Positions 28,241-38,843 of a stretch of DNA of 64,000 nucleotides are shown in pieces; within the stretch, counting starts at the first letter, position 1, and each line of letters starts with the position of its first letter. The position numbers and the translations under genes were made by a program. Source of the DNA: an uncultured Chloroflexia bacterium (GTDB lineage Bacteria > Chloroflexota > Limnocylindria > Limnocylindrales > CSP1-4); NCBI GenBank assembly GCA_963720755.1, contig CAVRGP010000015.1, positions 160,001 to 224,000 of the forward strand. Direction: 5' to 3'. The notes under the pieces were generated by a model. The model was given only the letters and a program-made list of their open reading frames with translations, was not told where the DNA came from and made no database searches.

Positions 28241-29044
28241 ATGCGTCGACTGCTCATCCACGAGGCTCGGGTCCATGCCGTCCCGGACCGAACGCTCGAA
28301 GATCTCGGCGATGGTCTGTTGTTGACCGATCCCGACGAGCCTGAGCCGTTCTGGAACCGGCTCGAATGCGTCCGCTGGCCGGCAGACCCGTCGGCATTCG
28401 ACCGGCGCCTCACGGAGATGCTCGTCCGATTCGCCGGGCTCGGACGGCGGGCCCATATCTGGGCGTCGCCCCTGCACGACAGCCCGACCGACCTCGTGGC
28501 TCGGTTGTTCGCGAACGGCTTCCGCGACATGGGGTCCGGGAATCTCATGCTGCTCGTCGACCCGGGTCCGGCCGACCGCGCGTCCGCGTCGCCACTCGCG
28601 TCCGGACTCACCATCGAGCGGCTATCGCGACTGACCGGTCCTGTTGCCCGGCAGGCTGCGGCCGATGTCGTCCGGGTCCTGCTCGACGCGTTCGAGGTCG
28701 ATCCGGGGCGTTCGCCGTCGCTCGCACAGGAGACGGAGGTATCGCTCAGCCACCCGTGGTTCACCCATTACCTCGCTCGGATCGACGGCGTCCCGGCCGC
28801 GGTCGTGCGGCGTGCGACGTTCGACCAGGCGAGCTACCTGTCCTCGATCGGGACCGCGTCATGGGCGCGCGGTCGTGGCCTGGGAGGGCTGGTCACCCGG
28901 ATCGCGAGCCATGACGCGATCCGCGCCGGCTCGCGCTGGACGCATCTCGGCGTCTTCGAGGAGAACCTCGTCGCGATCCACGTCTATGAACGATCCGGGT
29001 TCGAACGGATCGGGACACCGGCACCGGATCTGGTCCTGATCTGA
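28241..29044 (+). CDS. GNAT acetyltransferase
   Basis: SIGT...RGRGLG, N..AIHVYERSGF. Confidence 0.85.
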   Translation: MRRLLIHEARVHAVPDRTLEDLGDGLLLTDPDEPEPFWNRLECVRWPADPSAFDRRLTEMLVRFAGLGRRAHIWASPLHDSPTDLVARLFANGFRDMGSGNLMLLVDPGPADRASASPLASGLTIERLSRLTGPVARQAAADVVRVLLDAFEVDPGRSPSLAQETEVSLSHPWFTHYLARIDGVPAAVVRRATFDQASYLSSIGTASWARGRGLGGLVTRIASHDAIRAGSRWTHLGVFEENLVAIHVYERSGFERIGTPAPDLVLI

Positions 29045-29045
29045 G

Positions 29046-29537
29046 GTGAGCGAGGACGCTCGACGCATCCTGGAGGAGGCCCGTCGACGGGCGGTCGAGA
29101 TGCGCCCGACCGCTGGAGGCGGAACCCAATTGGACGCGAGTGGATCGCCACTGCTGGCGCTTGGCTGGGCGACGGTCGAGCTCGAGCGCGCCGCGTCCGA
29201 ACTCGGGACCGACCTGCGTCTGCCGGCCGGTTCGTTCGCCGATGCGGAGGGATCGACCGCGCTCGGTGCCAGATGCTGGATCGCACCCGGAGCCCTGAAC
29301 GAGGGCGTGACGCTGATCCTTCTCGAGCCATCGACCGAAGGTCGCCTCGCGGCCCGGCTTGCCCGGTTCGGTGAAGGCGTGGCGGCCGCCTGGTATGCCG
29401 CTGGCGACGAGTCGCGTGGCGGCCGTGGGCTGCCCGGACGCGGGCCGCTCGGGCCGGAGTGGCGGATCCTGGATGCACCGACAGCCAGCCTGCTCCGCTT
29501 CCTCGTCGCGCCCGAGCCGGGTACCATCGCGCGATGA
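29046..29537 (+). CDS. Hypothetical protein (degenerate VOC-like)
   Basis: GWATVELERA, LLEPSTEGRLAARLARFGEG; operonic overlap. Confidence 0.65.
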   Translation: MSEDARRILEEARRRAVEMRPTAGGGTQLDASGSPLLALGWATVELERAASELGTDLRLPAGSFADAEGSTALGARCWIAPGALNEGVTLILLEPSTEGRLAARLARFGEGVAAAWYAAGDESRGGRGLPGRGPLGPEWRILDAPTASLLRFLVAPEPGTIAR

Positions 29538-29974
29538 CTGATCATCCCGCCATCGACTTCCGCCGGGCCGGTCCAGAAGATGCCGCGGCGATCGCCACGA
29601 TGTTCACGGACGAGGGGTATCCCGCTGGGCCGAGCGATATCGCTGCCCGCCTCCAGCAATTCGCGAGCGATGACGCCCAGGTCATCGTGGCCGAGCACGA
29701 TTCGGTGCTCCTTGGATTCATCGCCATCCACGTCCTGCCGCGCTTCGAACACGACGACTGGATCGTCCGGATCGTGGCCCTGGTGGTCGATGCGGGTGCA
29801 CGAGAGCGTGGGGTCGGCCGAGCGCTGATGGCCGAGGCCGAGCGGATCGGTCGCGAGCGCGGCGCCGCCTTCATCGAGCTGACCGCCGGCCATCATCGGC
29901 CGGAGGCACGCCAGCTGTACGAATCGCTCGGGTACGACGCGACGGTCACCGCGTATCTTCGGAAGCGACTCTGA
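29534..29974 (+). CDS. GNAT acetyltransferase
   Basis: LVVDAGARERGVGRALM, LYESLGY. Confidence 0.88.
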   Translation: MTDHPAIDFRRAGPEDAAAIATMFTDEGYPAGPSDIAARLQQFASDDAQVIVAEHDSVLLGFIAIHVLPRFEHDDWIVRIVALVVDAGARERGVGRALMAEAERIGRERGAAFIELTAGHHRPEARQLYESLGYDATVTAYLRKRL

Positions 29975-31257
29975 CGAACGAACCCACCGCGGTCGCCTAT
30001 CCCAGCCTGCGCCTGCGGGATGGGGGCGCTCGGCTGCTTGACCTTCCCTGGCATCGGCCATTACGCGACTGGCCGACCGACACCCTGACGTTCCGGGAGT
30101 ACCCGGTCGGGCCGTCCCGCCACCTGGTCCGATTCCTCGTCCTCGACGGACGGACGATCGCGCTCAAGGAGGAGCCGCCGGCGGTCGCCGCCTCGGAATT
30201 CGAGATCCTGCGGCGCCTTGAGGTCGCCGGTCTGCCGGCGGTCGCTCCCGTCGGCTTTGCGACCTCGGCGGATGGTGGATCGGCGATCCTGGCAACGGAA
30301 TACCTCGCCTATTCGATCCAGTACCGGCGCCTGCTCATGCGGTTCCCGCTCGGGCCGGGACCGTACCGTGATCGCCTGCTGGACGCGATGGCGTCGCTCC
30401 TCGTCGATCTCCATCGCGCCGGCGTGTACTGGGGGGATTGCTCGCTCGCGAACACGCTGTTCCGTCGTGACGGCGACAAGATGCAGGCCTATCTGGTCGA
30501 CGCGGAGACGAGCGAGATCCACCCGACCCTGTCGGCCGGCCAGCGGAACTACGACCTGGACATCCTGGTCGAGAACGTCGGCTTCGGCCTCGCGGACCTC
30601 GGTGCGATGCAGGGCCGATCCGACGCATTCGACGACGCCGTGGACGCGGCGGAGACGGTTCGGACCCGCTACCGAGGACTGTGGGATGAGCTGCACGATG
30701 AGCACGAATTGTCCGCCGACGATCGCCACGCGGTTCGCGCCCGGATCCGCCGCCTCAATGACCTGGGCTTCGCGGTCGACGAAGTCAGCCTCGAACCGAC
30801 GGCCGATGGGGACTCGGTGCGTCTCCGGGTCGCGGTCGCCAATCGCCGCTTCCACGCACACGAGCTGGGGCGGTTGACCGGTCTGGTCGCGCTCGAGGGT
30901 CAGGCACGACTGCTCCTGAACGACCTTCGGGAATACAAGGCCTGGCTCGAATCGAGATCGGGAGAAGCGTTGTCGACCGCCGTCGCCGCCGATCGCTGGC
31001 GGGAGGACGTGCTCCAGCCGATGCTCGCGACCCTCGTCCCGGCGATCGGTCCGACTCGCGACCCGCTCCAGGCCTACTGCGATGTCCTCGAGGAGAAGTG
31101 GCTTCTGTCGGAGGACGCCGGCGAGGATGTGGGGCTGGAGACCGCGCTGCAAGCGTATCTGTCGCTCGGCGCACCGGCGCCCGAGGATTCGGCAAGCGAC
31201 AGCCTGGTCGCCCTCGACATCGACTGGTCGACGGGCCTCGACAGGCCGTCTCAATGA
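29971..31257 (+). CDS. DUF4032 / LPS-kinase-like protein (probable CTG start)
   Basis: LLDLPW..PL.DW, SRHLVRF, ALKE, WGDCSLANTLFRRD, YLVDAET; frame open from the CTG at 29971. Confidence 0.85.
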   Translation: MTNEPTAVAYPSLRLRDGGARLLDLPWHRPLRDWPTDTLTFREYPVGPSRHLVRFLVLDGRTIALKEEPPAVAASEFEILRRLEVAGLPAVAPVGFATSADGGSAILATEYLAYSIQYRRLLMRFPLGPGPYRDRLLDAMASLLVDLHRAGVYWGDCSLANTLFRRDGDKMQAYLVDAETSEIHPTLSAGQRNYDLDILVENVGFGLADLGAMQGRSDAFDDAVDAAETVRTRYRGLWDELHDEHELSADDRHAVRARIRRLNDLGFAVDEVSLEPTADGDSVRLRVAVANRRFHAHELGRLTGLVALEGQARLLLNDLREYKAWLESRSGEALSTAVAADRWREDVLQPMLATLVPAIGPTRDPLQAYCDVLEEKWLLSEDAGEDVGLETALQAYLSLGAPAPEDSASDSLVALDIDWSTGLDRPSQ

Positions 31258-31312
31258 CCCACGATCGCGGTCGGACGGCGCCGGGGTTGACGGCGCCTGT
31301 CACCATCGGCCG

Positions 31313-32254
31313 ATGGAAAGTATGGTGACCAGCGCCTCCGAGACGGTCATCTCGGTGCGTGGCCTGATCAAGCGGTACGGCGAGGTCAAGGCAGTAAACG
31401 GGATCGACTTCGAGGTCCGGCCGGGCGAAGTCTTCGGCCTGCTGGGTCCGAACGGGGCAGGCAAGACGACGACGGTCGAGATCCTCGAGGGTCTCCGGGT
31501 ACCCGACGGTGGCCAGGCGATCGTGCTGGGCGTCGATGTCGGGACGGGCGCCGACTCGCTCAAGCCCCGCATCGGGATCAGCCTCCAGACGGCCGCCCTG
31601 TACCCGAAACTCACCGTCGTGGAGGTGATCGACCTGTTCCGCAGCTTCTACCCGACGTCGCGCCCGACCGACGAATTGATCGGCATGCTCGAGCTCGAGG
31701 AGCGGCGGAACGCGCGGACCAGCGACCTGTCGGGTGGCCAGCGCCAGCGCCTGGCCGTGGCCCTCGCCCTGGTCAACGATCCCGAATTGATCTTCCTGGA
31801 CGAGCCGACGACAGGCCTGGACCCGGCCGCTCGCCGTTCCCTGTGGGACCTCATCAAGGGGATCAAGGCGCGCGGCCGGTCCGTCCTGCTGACGACCCAC
31901 TACATGGAGGAGGCGGAGGTCCTGTGTGACCGGATCGCGATCATGGACCACGGCCACATCCTCGAGATGGGCACCGTGGACGAACTCATCTCGAAGCGCT
32001 TCCAGGAGCGCGCCGTTCGGTTGGACGCCATCGACGCCATCGCCGATACATCGTTCGAGGCGTTGCCGGCCGTGACGTCGGTCAAGCACGACGACGACGC
32101 GCTGATGCTCTACACGACCGACGTGGCGGCCACGGTCGGCGGGCTGATCGCCTTGACCGATGCGCACGGGCTGGAACCACAGGACCTGGGGATCCGGCGG
32201 GCGACGCTCGAGGATGTGTTCCTCGATCTGACCGGCCGAGCCCTCCGCGACTGA
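31313..32254 (+). CDS. ABC transporter ATP-binding protein
   Basis: GPNGAGKTT, LSGGQRQR, FLDEPT, TTHYMEEAE. Confidence 0.95.
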   Translation: MESMVTSASETVISVRGLIKRYGEVKAVNGIDFEVRPGEVFGLLGPNGAGKTTTVEILEGLRVPDGGQAIVLGVDVGTGADSLKPRIGISLQTAALYPKLTVVEVIDLFRSFYPTSRPTDELIGMLELEERRNARTSDLSGGQRQRLAVALALVNDPELIFLDEPTTGLDPAARRSLWDLIKGIKARGRSVLLTTHYMEEAEVLCDRIAIMDHGHILEMGTVDELISKRFQERAVRLDAIDAIADTSFEALPAVTSVKHDDDALMLYTTDVAATVGGLIALTDAHGLEPQDLGIRRATLEDVFLDLTGRALRD

Positions 32255-32270
32255 CAAGCGAGGACGACCG

Positions 32271-33359
32271 ATGCACGCCCTGCTGGCCCTCACCCGAGCG
32301 AACATCCGGAGCTACACGCGCGACCGGGCGGCGGTGTTCTGGACGCTTGCCTTCCCGCTCGTCTTCATCGTCCTGTTCGGGTTGATCTTCCAGGGCAGTG
32401 GGACGACCCGGATCACGTTCGGCTGGGTCGACAACGACGCCTCCGCCGCGTCGCGCCAGCTCCAGGCAGGCTTCGAGGCGCTGGACGGGATCACTCTCGT
32501 CCAGACGACGCGGCAGGATGCCATCGACCAGATGAAGGTCGGCAAGGTCGATTCGATCATCGTCGTCCCGGTCGGTTACGGCGCGTCTCTGGCTGCTGCA
32601 GGAGGTGGCGGCGGACCGGTGCAGCTCGAGGTCTACACCGATCCGTCGCGGGCACAACTCGCGGGCGCCGTATATCAGGCCGTCGGGACGGTCCTGGGCG
32701 TCGTCAATCTCGGCGGTCGTCCGCCCCTCGTGGTCCCGAGCCCACAGACGGTGCAGACGGAGAACCTGAACGCCATCAGCTATTTCGTCCCGAGCATGCT
32801 CGGCCTGTCGATCATGCAGGTGGGCATCTTCGCGGCGATCCCACTCGTCGCGGACCGGGAGAAGCTCATCCTCAAGCGACTCGCCGCGACCCCGTTGCGT
32901 CGGTGGCAGCTGGTCGGTTCCAACGTCCTGATGCGGGTCACCATCGCCTTCACCCAGGCGGTCATCATCGTCGTGGTCGGTTCTGTGGCGTTCGGGGTCG
33001 AGGTCAGCGGCAGTCTGCTCCTCGTGGCCGGCTTCGTGACCCTGGGTGCGATGGCTTTCCTGGCGCTGGGTTACGTCATCGCCTCGTTCGCGAAGACGGA
33101 AGACGCAGCGAACGGGATGACCTCCATGATCCAGTTCCCGATGATGTTCCTGTCCGGGGCGTTCTTCGTGATCGACCAGATGCCCCAGCCCCTGCAGGTC
33201 GTTGCCCGGGTCATCCCCTTGACCTACCTCGCCGACGCACTGCGCCAGGTCATGGTCGGGGGTGCCGCATTCGCCCCGCTGTGGGTCTGCGCGGCGGTCC
33301 TGTTCGGCTGGCTGGTCGTCTGCTTCGGGATCGCCTCGCAGAAGTTTCGCTGGCAGTAG
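32271..33359 (+). CDS. ABC-2 type permease
   Basis: FWTLAFP, LKRLAATPL, PMMFLSG. Confidence 0.92.
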   Translation: MHALLALTRANIRSYTRDRAAVFWTLAFPLVFIVLFGLIFQGSGTTRITFGWVDNDASAASRQLQAGFEALDGITLVQTTRQDAIDQMKVGKVDSIIVVPVGYGASLAAAGGGGGPVQLEVYTDPSRAQLAGAVYQAVGTVLGVVNLGGRPPLVVPSPQTVQTENLNAISYFVPSMLGLSIMQVGIFAAIPLVADREKLILKRLAATPLRRWQLVGSNVLMRVTIAFTQAVIIVVVGSVAFGVEVSGSLLLVAGFVTLGAMAFLALGYVIASFAKTEDAANGMTSMIQFPMMFLSGAFFVIDQMPQPLQVVARVIPLTYLADALRQVMVGGAAFAPLWVCAAVLFGWLVVCFGIASQKFRWQ

Positions 33360-33369
33360 CGGCGGACGA

Positions 33370-33909
33370 CTACCAGCGTTCGGTGCGGACGATCTCCTCG
33401 AGGTCGCGACGGCCACCTTTCGTCGGCCGACGGACGAGATCGGTCGGGTCAGCGGGGTAGCCGAAGGAAAGCAGGTACTCGCAGTGCTGGTCGGCGGGGT
33501 AGCCCAGCAGGCGACGAGCCAGATCGTGCTCGTAGACGGTCGCTGGCACGCTGCCGACTCCAAGCTCCCAGGCGGCCAGCATCATGTTCTGGGCCACTTG
33601 CCCGAGATCGAAGATGATCGACAGCGGCGCATCGGGCGCGTGCGGATCCGGTGTGATCAACGCGACCGCGACGGCCGCACCGGCAAGATGTCCGGCCCAC
33701 GGCCCAAGCTGGGAAAGTTCTCGAAGATGATCGCGATCGCGGCAGACGATGAAGGTCCACCGTTGCAGGTTCTTGCTGCTGCCGGAGCGCCGACCGGCCA
33801 GGAGGATCCGGTCGAGATGGTCGGCCTCGAGAGGTCGATCGTCGAATCGGCGGATGACCCGCTTCGTGGCGATGGCATCCCAGACCGGATCGCGCCCGGG
33901 CCCGCTCAT
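33370..33909 (-). CDS. Nitroreductase family protein
   Basis: KRVIRRF, SSKNLQRW, QNMMLAAWELGVGS, FGYP. Confidence 0.9.
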   Translation of the reverse strand: MSGPGRDPVWDAIATKRVIRRFDDRPLEADHLDRILLAGRRSGSSKNLQRWTFIVCRDRDHLRELSQLGPWAGHLAGAAVAVALITPDPHAPDAPLSIIFDLGQVAQNMMLAAWELGVGSVPATVYEHDLARRLLGYPADQHCEYLLSFGYPADPTDLVRRPTKGGRRDLEEIVRTERW

Positions 33910-35045
33910 CCGCCGCCTCGCGACGGCATCGTGGCGGCCAGCTCGGGTTCCTCGGTTTCCTGGCGTCTCGGCCGGGTGGCCCCGGGCAACGCGACCTGGG
34001 CGAGCGTTCGGAGGCCGCTGGGCGAACCCTCGACGGCCGCGAACTCGGCCTCGCCATCGGGGATACGCTCAGCCTTCGTCACCGCGGCGATGGTGGCCGC
34101 CGTCGCCGGATCCAACGGTCCACCGAGCGATCGACTCAGGAATCCGGCGACCGCGGCCCGGTAGTCGGGATCCTCGTACAGCCATGAATGCTGACCCCCG
34201 GCGACGAGCAGCGTCTCCACTTCGCGCTCGACGGCGGCGTCCGCCCGGGACGTGCGGGCGGCGGCCGCGAGGCGATCGAGATGACCGGGCGGAACGACGA
34301 CATCGTCCGATCCGTGAGCGAGGAGCATCGGTCCGTCGTATCGGGCGGCCGCGATCGCGGCACTGATGTCCGCCACCGCGTGCCCCCGCGGGCGCAGGTA
34401 GACCCGGGTCGTCAGCCACGCGAGCGGAAAGGCGATCGGATCGGGGATCGGCAGGTGGGCGAGACGGAATGTCTGCCGGGTCAATCGATACGGGTCGGCC
34501 GGGCTGGATGTCGCGACGACTGCGGCGACTCGGGGGTCTGCGGCACCCGCCAGGAGCGCCCCGATGGCGCCCATGGAGTGCCCGGAGATCGCTCCGACCG
34601 TCACCTCCGGCCGGTCGACCAGGGTTCGGAAGGCGGCCAGCGCATCCGCCCCGAACTCGCCGGCGCTCAGGGGCAGTGCCTCGGGCGGATTGGCGCCGTG
34701 GCCCCGGACATCGAAGGTGAGGCAATGGAACCCGGCCGCGTGGAGAAAGACGGCCATCGGCAGGGTCCGATCGCGAGCGGATTCCCAGCCGTGGACGAGC
34801 ACGACGCCAGGCCCCGGTGTCCCACCCCGGGCCGGGATGAACCAGGCCGGCAGCGACAGCCCATCGGACTCGACGGCGGTCGTCTCGTAGGGCAGGCCGA
34901 GGTCGCCGGGGTCAACGGTCGGAGGGTAGCGCCGCGGATAGCCGGCGCGTATCCGGTAGGCCAGGGCGAAGCGATAGGCCAGCCCGAACGGCGCGATCGC
35001 CGCGACGGTCGCCAGGCCAGCACGACGCACGGTTCCCATATGCAT
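33906..35045 (-). CDS. Alpha/beta hydrolase
   Basis: VLVHGW, DVRGHG, GHSMG, HGSDD.VVP, GGQH. Confidence 0.88.
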   Translation of the reverse strand: MHMGTVRRAGLATVAAIAPFGLAYRFALAYRIRAGYPRRYPPTVDPGDLGLPYETTAVESDGLSLPAWFIPARGGTPGPGVVLVHGWESARDRTLPMAVFLHAAGFHCLTFDVRGHGANPPEALPLSAGEFGADALAAFRTLVDRPEVTVGAISGHSMGAIGALLAGAADPRVAAVVATSSPADPYRLTRQTFRLAHLPIPDPIAFPLAWLTTRVYLRPRGHAVADISAAIAAARYDGPMLLAHGSDDVVVPPGHLDRLAAAARTSRADAAVEREVETLLVAGGQHSWLYEDPDYRAAVAGFLSRSLGGPLDPATAATIAAVTKAERIPDGEAEFAAVEGSPSGLRTLAQVALPGATRPRRQETEEPELAATMPSRGGG

Positions 35046-35136
35046 AGGGGACGGCACCGTGACCGGGCTGTCAAGTCGAGCCGGATGGATCCGCACGGGC
35101 ACCGCCCGGACTGCCGCTCGCCTACACTCATGGGTG

Positions 35137-35868
35137 ATGGCCGGACGGATACCGCGCGATGTGCTCGGCGTGGACGTGGACGCCACGCCGACGCAGATCA
35201 AGGCAGCCTGGCGTCGACTCGCCCGGGCAAATCACCCCGACCTGACCGGGGACGATCCGGCCGCATCGCGCATGGCGACGCGGCGGATGGCGGAGATCAA
35301 CGACGCCTACGCGGCGTTGACCCGGAATCTCGGCGTCCCGACCGAGGACAACGCCGCCGATGGCGATGCGACCCCGTTCGAACCTGGCGTGGTCCGTCGG
35401 CAGGGCGGTCCGCCGAAACCGCGACCGACGCGGCCGGTCACCGGCCGAGTCGATACCAGCGAGACGTTCCGTGCCCGAAACCAGACCTCCTCGGATTCTG
35501 GGTCAGCTGCCCGTGCCGCGTTGCGCGGTCAGCCTCCACGTCGAGCGGACGTGGTCTACGGCGAACCGCCACGGGCGTCGACCCCGACCGGACCGCTCGT
35601 TCGCGGCCGAGTCCGCCATTTCCGCCGGCCCCCGGTCCCGACCCTCGCCGAGGCCGAGGCGACGGTGATGACCTTCGGCCGGTTCCACGACCACACGCTG
35701 GGACAGATCGCCGCCTTCGAGCCGTCGTACATCGACTGGCTGGCGGGGACGGTGAATCACGATCCGGACCTGGTGAGCGCCGCTCGGGTGATCCAGGCGG
35801 ATCTCGACCGGCGGGATGTGCCGCGTCGGACCCATCCGGTCTCTGAACGACGGGGGCGCACGGCCTGA
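35137..35868 (+). CDS. J-domain protein with C-terminal DUF3820-like motif
   Basis: VLGV...IKAAWRRLARANHPD..INDAY; MTFGRFHDHTL...PSYIDWL. Confidence 0.85.
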   Translation: MAGRIPRDVLGVDVDATPTQIKAAWRRLARANHPDLTGDDPAASRMATRRMAEINDAYAALTRNLGVPTEDNAADGDATPFEPGVVRRQGGPPKPRPTRPVTGRVDTSETFRARNQTSSDSGSAARAALRGQPPRRADVVYGEPPRASTPTGPLVRGRVRHFRRPPVPTLAEAEATVMTFGRFHDHTLGQIAAFEPSYIDWLAGTVNHDPDLVSAARVIQADLDRRDVPRRTHPVSERRGRTA

Positions 35869-35904
35869 CGACTGCGAAACCTGTGGCCAGCCGGGACATC
35901 CCGG

Positions 35905-36128
35905 AAACGCGAGATCGCCCTCCGATACCGGAGGGCGATCGTGACGCTGATGAAGACGAGATAAGCGCTGCCGCCCCGACGGTCACCAGGCCTGTTGGCC
36001 GAAGACCAGTTACTCGGCTCGTGAGCCGGATCCGGGATCTGCCGCCCGAACCTCCTCGGTGCGACTGTCCGTTTCCGGTTCCGTGACCGACGCCCCAGGT
36101 ATCTCCCGGTTCGATCGCGGGGTGGCGT
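35905..36128 (-). ncRNA. Candidate structured small RNA (possibly 6S/Ms1-like)
   Basis: TACTGT -10 at 36141-36136; nested pairings GAGATA/TATCTC and CGGTCAC/GTGACCG; terminator at the end; no good ORF. Confidence 0.4.
35913..35940. terminator. Strong hairpin / intrinsic terminator
   Basis: GATCGCCCTCCG-ATAC-CGGAGGGCGATC, perfect 12-bp stem. Confidence 0.7.
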
Positions 36129-36301
36129 AGCAGGAACAGTAAGCTCGCCCCCGTCCGGACACAATGGTTCCCTTGTCCCTGTCGGGTGCCGTCGAAGGTC
36201 GGGCGCATCCAGGCACCATCCCGGGACGGTCGTACCAGGTGTCCGGATGCACCACCGGGCCCGTCAGGGCGGTATCGGCGGACTCCGGATACCCTTCCGC
36301 C

Positions 36302-36883
36302 ATGCTCGTCCCCGTCCGTCGCTGCCTCCTGATCCTGCTCGCGGCGACCCTTGTTGGCGCATGCAACGGCAGCGCCTCTTCGTCGTTCGACCCCACCGGC
36401 GAATGCACCACCGACGGGCGGGCAGCGGGCGCCTACCCTGATCTGGAGGCGCTCGTCCCGGTCTCCTACATGGGCACGCCCCCCAAGACGCTCGACTCCG
36501 GCCGGAACTGCTCGGCCGCGAATCTTGGCGCTCTCACCTCGGTCGGGATCACGGAGGTTCGGTTCGCCGGTGGGACCTGGACATTCGGGGCAGAGCGAGC
36601 CGCGGTCCTCGCGGTCTTCCGGGCGGACGGTCTGACCGCCGATCGTCTGGCCGAGTTCTACCTGCAGAGTGCCCAGGCGGCGTCTCGCACCGATGTGCTC
36701 GGCCAATCCACACAGACGATCGCGGGTCGATCGGGCTGGCGGATCGACACCACGACGAGCACGCGTGCCCAGACCGTGGTCGTCTGGCCGGGGACCGAGA
36801 CCGATGTGGTCGATGTGGTCATCACCAATGACCTCCCCGATGCGCGGATCCAGGACGCCATCAATTCCTTCGGGGGTCGCTGA
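36302..36883 (+). CDS. Hypothetical lipoprotein
   Basis: RRCLLILLAATLVGAC lipobox. Confidence 0.75.
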   Translation: MLVPVRRCLLILLAATLVGACNGSASSSFDPTGECTTDGRAAGAYPDLEALVPVSYMGTPPKTLDSGRNCSAANLGALTSVGITEVRFAGGTWTFGAERAAVLAVFRADGLTADRLAEFYLQSAQAASRTDVLGQSTQTIAGRSGWRIDTTTSTRAQTVVVWPGTETDVVDVVITNDLPDARIQDAINSFGGR

Positions 36884-37122
36884 TGTACCGATTCCTGATG
36901 CGTCGCGGTCTTGCCCGCGTGATCGGCGGACGAGCCGTCCCCGCCTTGTTGTTGTGGGACCTCGCCGTCCTCGCCAATCGCACTCGGCGCATCCCGCTCG
37001 TCGACCGAAGCCTTCGTCGGGCGGCGGCTTCGACGGGCCGGCGGGTCGCCCGTGTGGTTCCCGGACGATCCGGCACCGGAGCCTCGCGTCCCGGCGAGCG
37101 GCCGCCACGCGACCCCGGCTGA
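36883..37122 (+). CDS. Small basic hypothetical protein
   Basis: TGATG overlap with the upstream gene. Confidence 0.5.
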   Translation: MYRFLMRRGLARVIGGRAVPALLLWDLAVLANRTRRIPLVDRSLRRAAASTGRRVARVVPGRSGTGASRPGERPPRDPG

Positions 37123-37153
37123 CCGGGAACCACCGCGTGCTACAGTCGCCGGC

Positions 37154-38842
37154 ATGACCGACCGATCGGCCGATTGGGCCGAACGCCGGCGCGCCTGGGA
37201 GGCGGATCGCCTCGGACCGGCCCTGGACCGGGCCCCAGAGCGTCGCCCGCGCTTCTCCACGATCAGCGATCTCCCGATCGACCCGCTCTACGGGCCGTGG
37301 TCGATCGAGGACGGTGACGGAGCCGATCGGATCGGCCTCCCTGGGGAACCGCCGTTCACCCGTGGCATCCACCCCAACGGCTACCGGAGCCGGTTATGGA
37401 CGATGCGGATGTTCGCGGGGTTCGGTGCCGCCGAGGACACCAACGCGCGCTTCCGACAGCTGCTCGATGCGGGCCAGACCGGGCTGTCGATCGCCTATGA
37501 CATGCCGACCCTGTACGGCTACGACACCGACGATCCCGAGGCGGAAGGCGAGTTCGGGACGTGCGGTGTCGCGGTCTCCAGTCTCGCCGACATGGAGGTG
37601 CTCCTGGCCGGCCTGCCGCTCGACCGGGTGTCGACCTCGATGACCATCAATTCGCCGGCGGCGCCGATCTGGGCGATGTATATCGTCGCGGCGGAGAAGG
37701 CCGGAGTCCCCAGGGCGCGCCTCGAAGGCACGACCCAGAACGACATCCTGAAGGAGTTCGTGGCCCAGAAGGAATTCCTCTTCCCCCCGGCGCCGTCGAT
37801 GCGACTGGTGACCGACACGATCGAGTTCGGAACGCGTGAGTTGCCCCGCTGGAACACGGTCTCGATCTCCGGGTACCACATCCGCGAGGCGGGTTCGACG
37901 GCCGTCCAGGAGTTGGCGTTCACGATCGCCGATGGCATGGCCTACGTCGAGGCGGCCATCGAGCGGGGACTGCGGGTCGACGACTTCGCGCCGCGGCTGA
38001 GTTTCTTCTTCAACAGCCACAGCGACTTCTTCGAGGAGATCGCGAAGTTCCGGGCCTCACGTCGGATCTGGCACAAGCTCATGACCGAGCGATATGGCGC
38101 CGAGAACGAGCGCTCCGCCTGGATGCAATTCCACACCCAGACGGCCGGCGTCTCGCTGACCCCACAGCAACCACTCAACAACCTGACCCGAGTGGCGCTC
38201 CAGGCACTGGCGGCGGTGCTCGGTGGGACGCAGTCGCTTCATACGGACGCCTACGACGAGGCGCTGGCGGTCCCGACCGCGGAGGCCGCGATGCTGGCGC
38301 TTCGCCAGCAGCAGATCATCGCCGCGGAGAGTGGCGTGGACGCGACCGTCGATCCACTCGGTGGCTCGTGGTTCGTCGAAGCCCTGACCGACGAGACCGA
38401 GCGTCAGGTCTGGCGCTACCTCGACGAGATCGACCGCCGCGGCGGCATGGTGGCGGCCATCACCGAGGGGTATCCGCAGCACGAGATCGCCGATGCGGCG
38501 TACCGCTATCAACGGGAGTTCGATGCCGGGGAACGACGGGTCGTCGGGATCAACGCCTACGTCGACACGACCGAGGTCACACCGGTCCCCGTCCTGTCCG
38601 TACCCGCCGGATCCGAGGAGCGCCAGCGGGCCCGACTCGATCGAACCCGCCGGGAGCGCGATGCGTCCGCGGTCGAGACGGCGCTGCGAGGGCTCCGGGA
38701 AGCGGCTGGACGACCAGGGTCCAGCGATGCCAACCTGATGCCGCATTTCATCCGCTGCGCCGACGCGTATGCCACGCTCGGCGAGCAGTGTCGGGTCCTG
38801 CGCGAGGTCTTCGGGGAGTACCGCGAACCGGTCGCGGTCTGA
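37154..38842 (+). CDS. icmA: Acyl-CoA mutase large subunit with isobutyryl-CoA mutase signature
   Basis: [14 protein letters not shown] (Phe), [12 protein letters not shown] (Gln), [14 protein letters not shown]. Confidence 0.85.
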   Translation: MTDRSADWAERRRAWEADRLGPALDRAPERRPRFSTISDLPIDPLYGPWSIEDGDGADRIGLPGEPPFTRGIHPNGYRSRLWTMRMFAGFGAAEDTNARFRQLLDAGQTGLSIAYDMPTLYGYDTDDPEAEGEFGTCGVAVSSLADMEVLLAGLPLDRVSTSMTINSPAAPIWAMYIVAAEKAGVPRARLEGTTQNDILKEFVAQKEFLFPPAPSMRLVTDTIEFGTRELPRWNTVSISGYHIREAGSTAVQELAFTIADGMAYVEAAIERGLRVDDFAPRLSFFFNSHSDFFEEIAKFRASRRIWHKLMTERYGAENERSAWMQFHTQTAGVSLTPQQPLNNLTRVALQALAAVLGGTQSLHTDAYDEALAVPTAEAAMLALRQQQIIAAESGVDATVDPLGGSWFVEALTDETERQVWRYLDEIDRRGGMVAAITEGYPQHEIADAAYRYQREFDAGERRVVGINAYVDTTEVTPVPVLSVPAGSEERQRARLDRTRRERDASAVETALRGLREAAGRPGSSDANLMPHFIRCADAYATLGEQCRVLREVFGEYREPVAV

Positions 38843-38843
38843 G

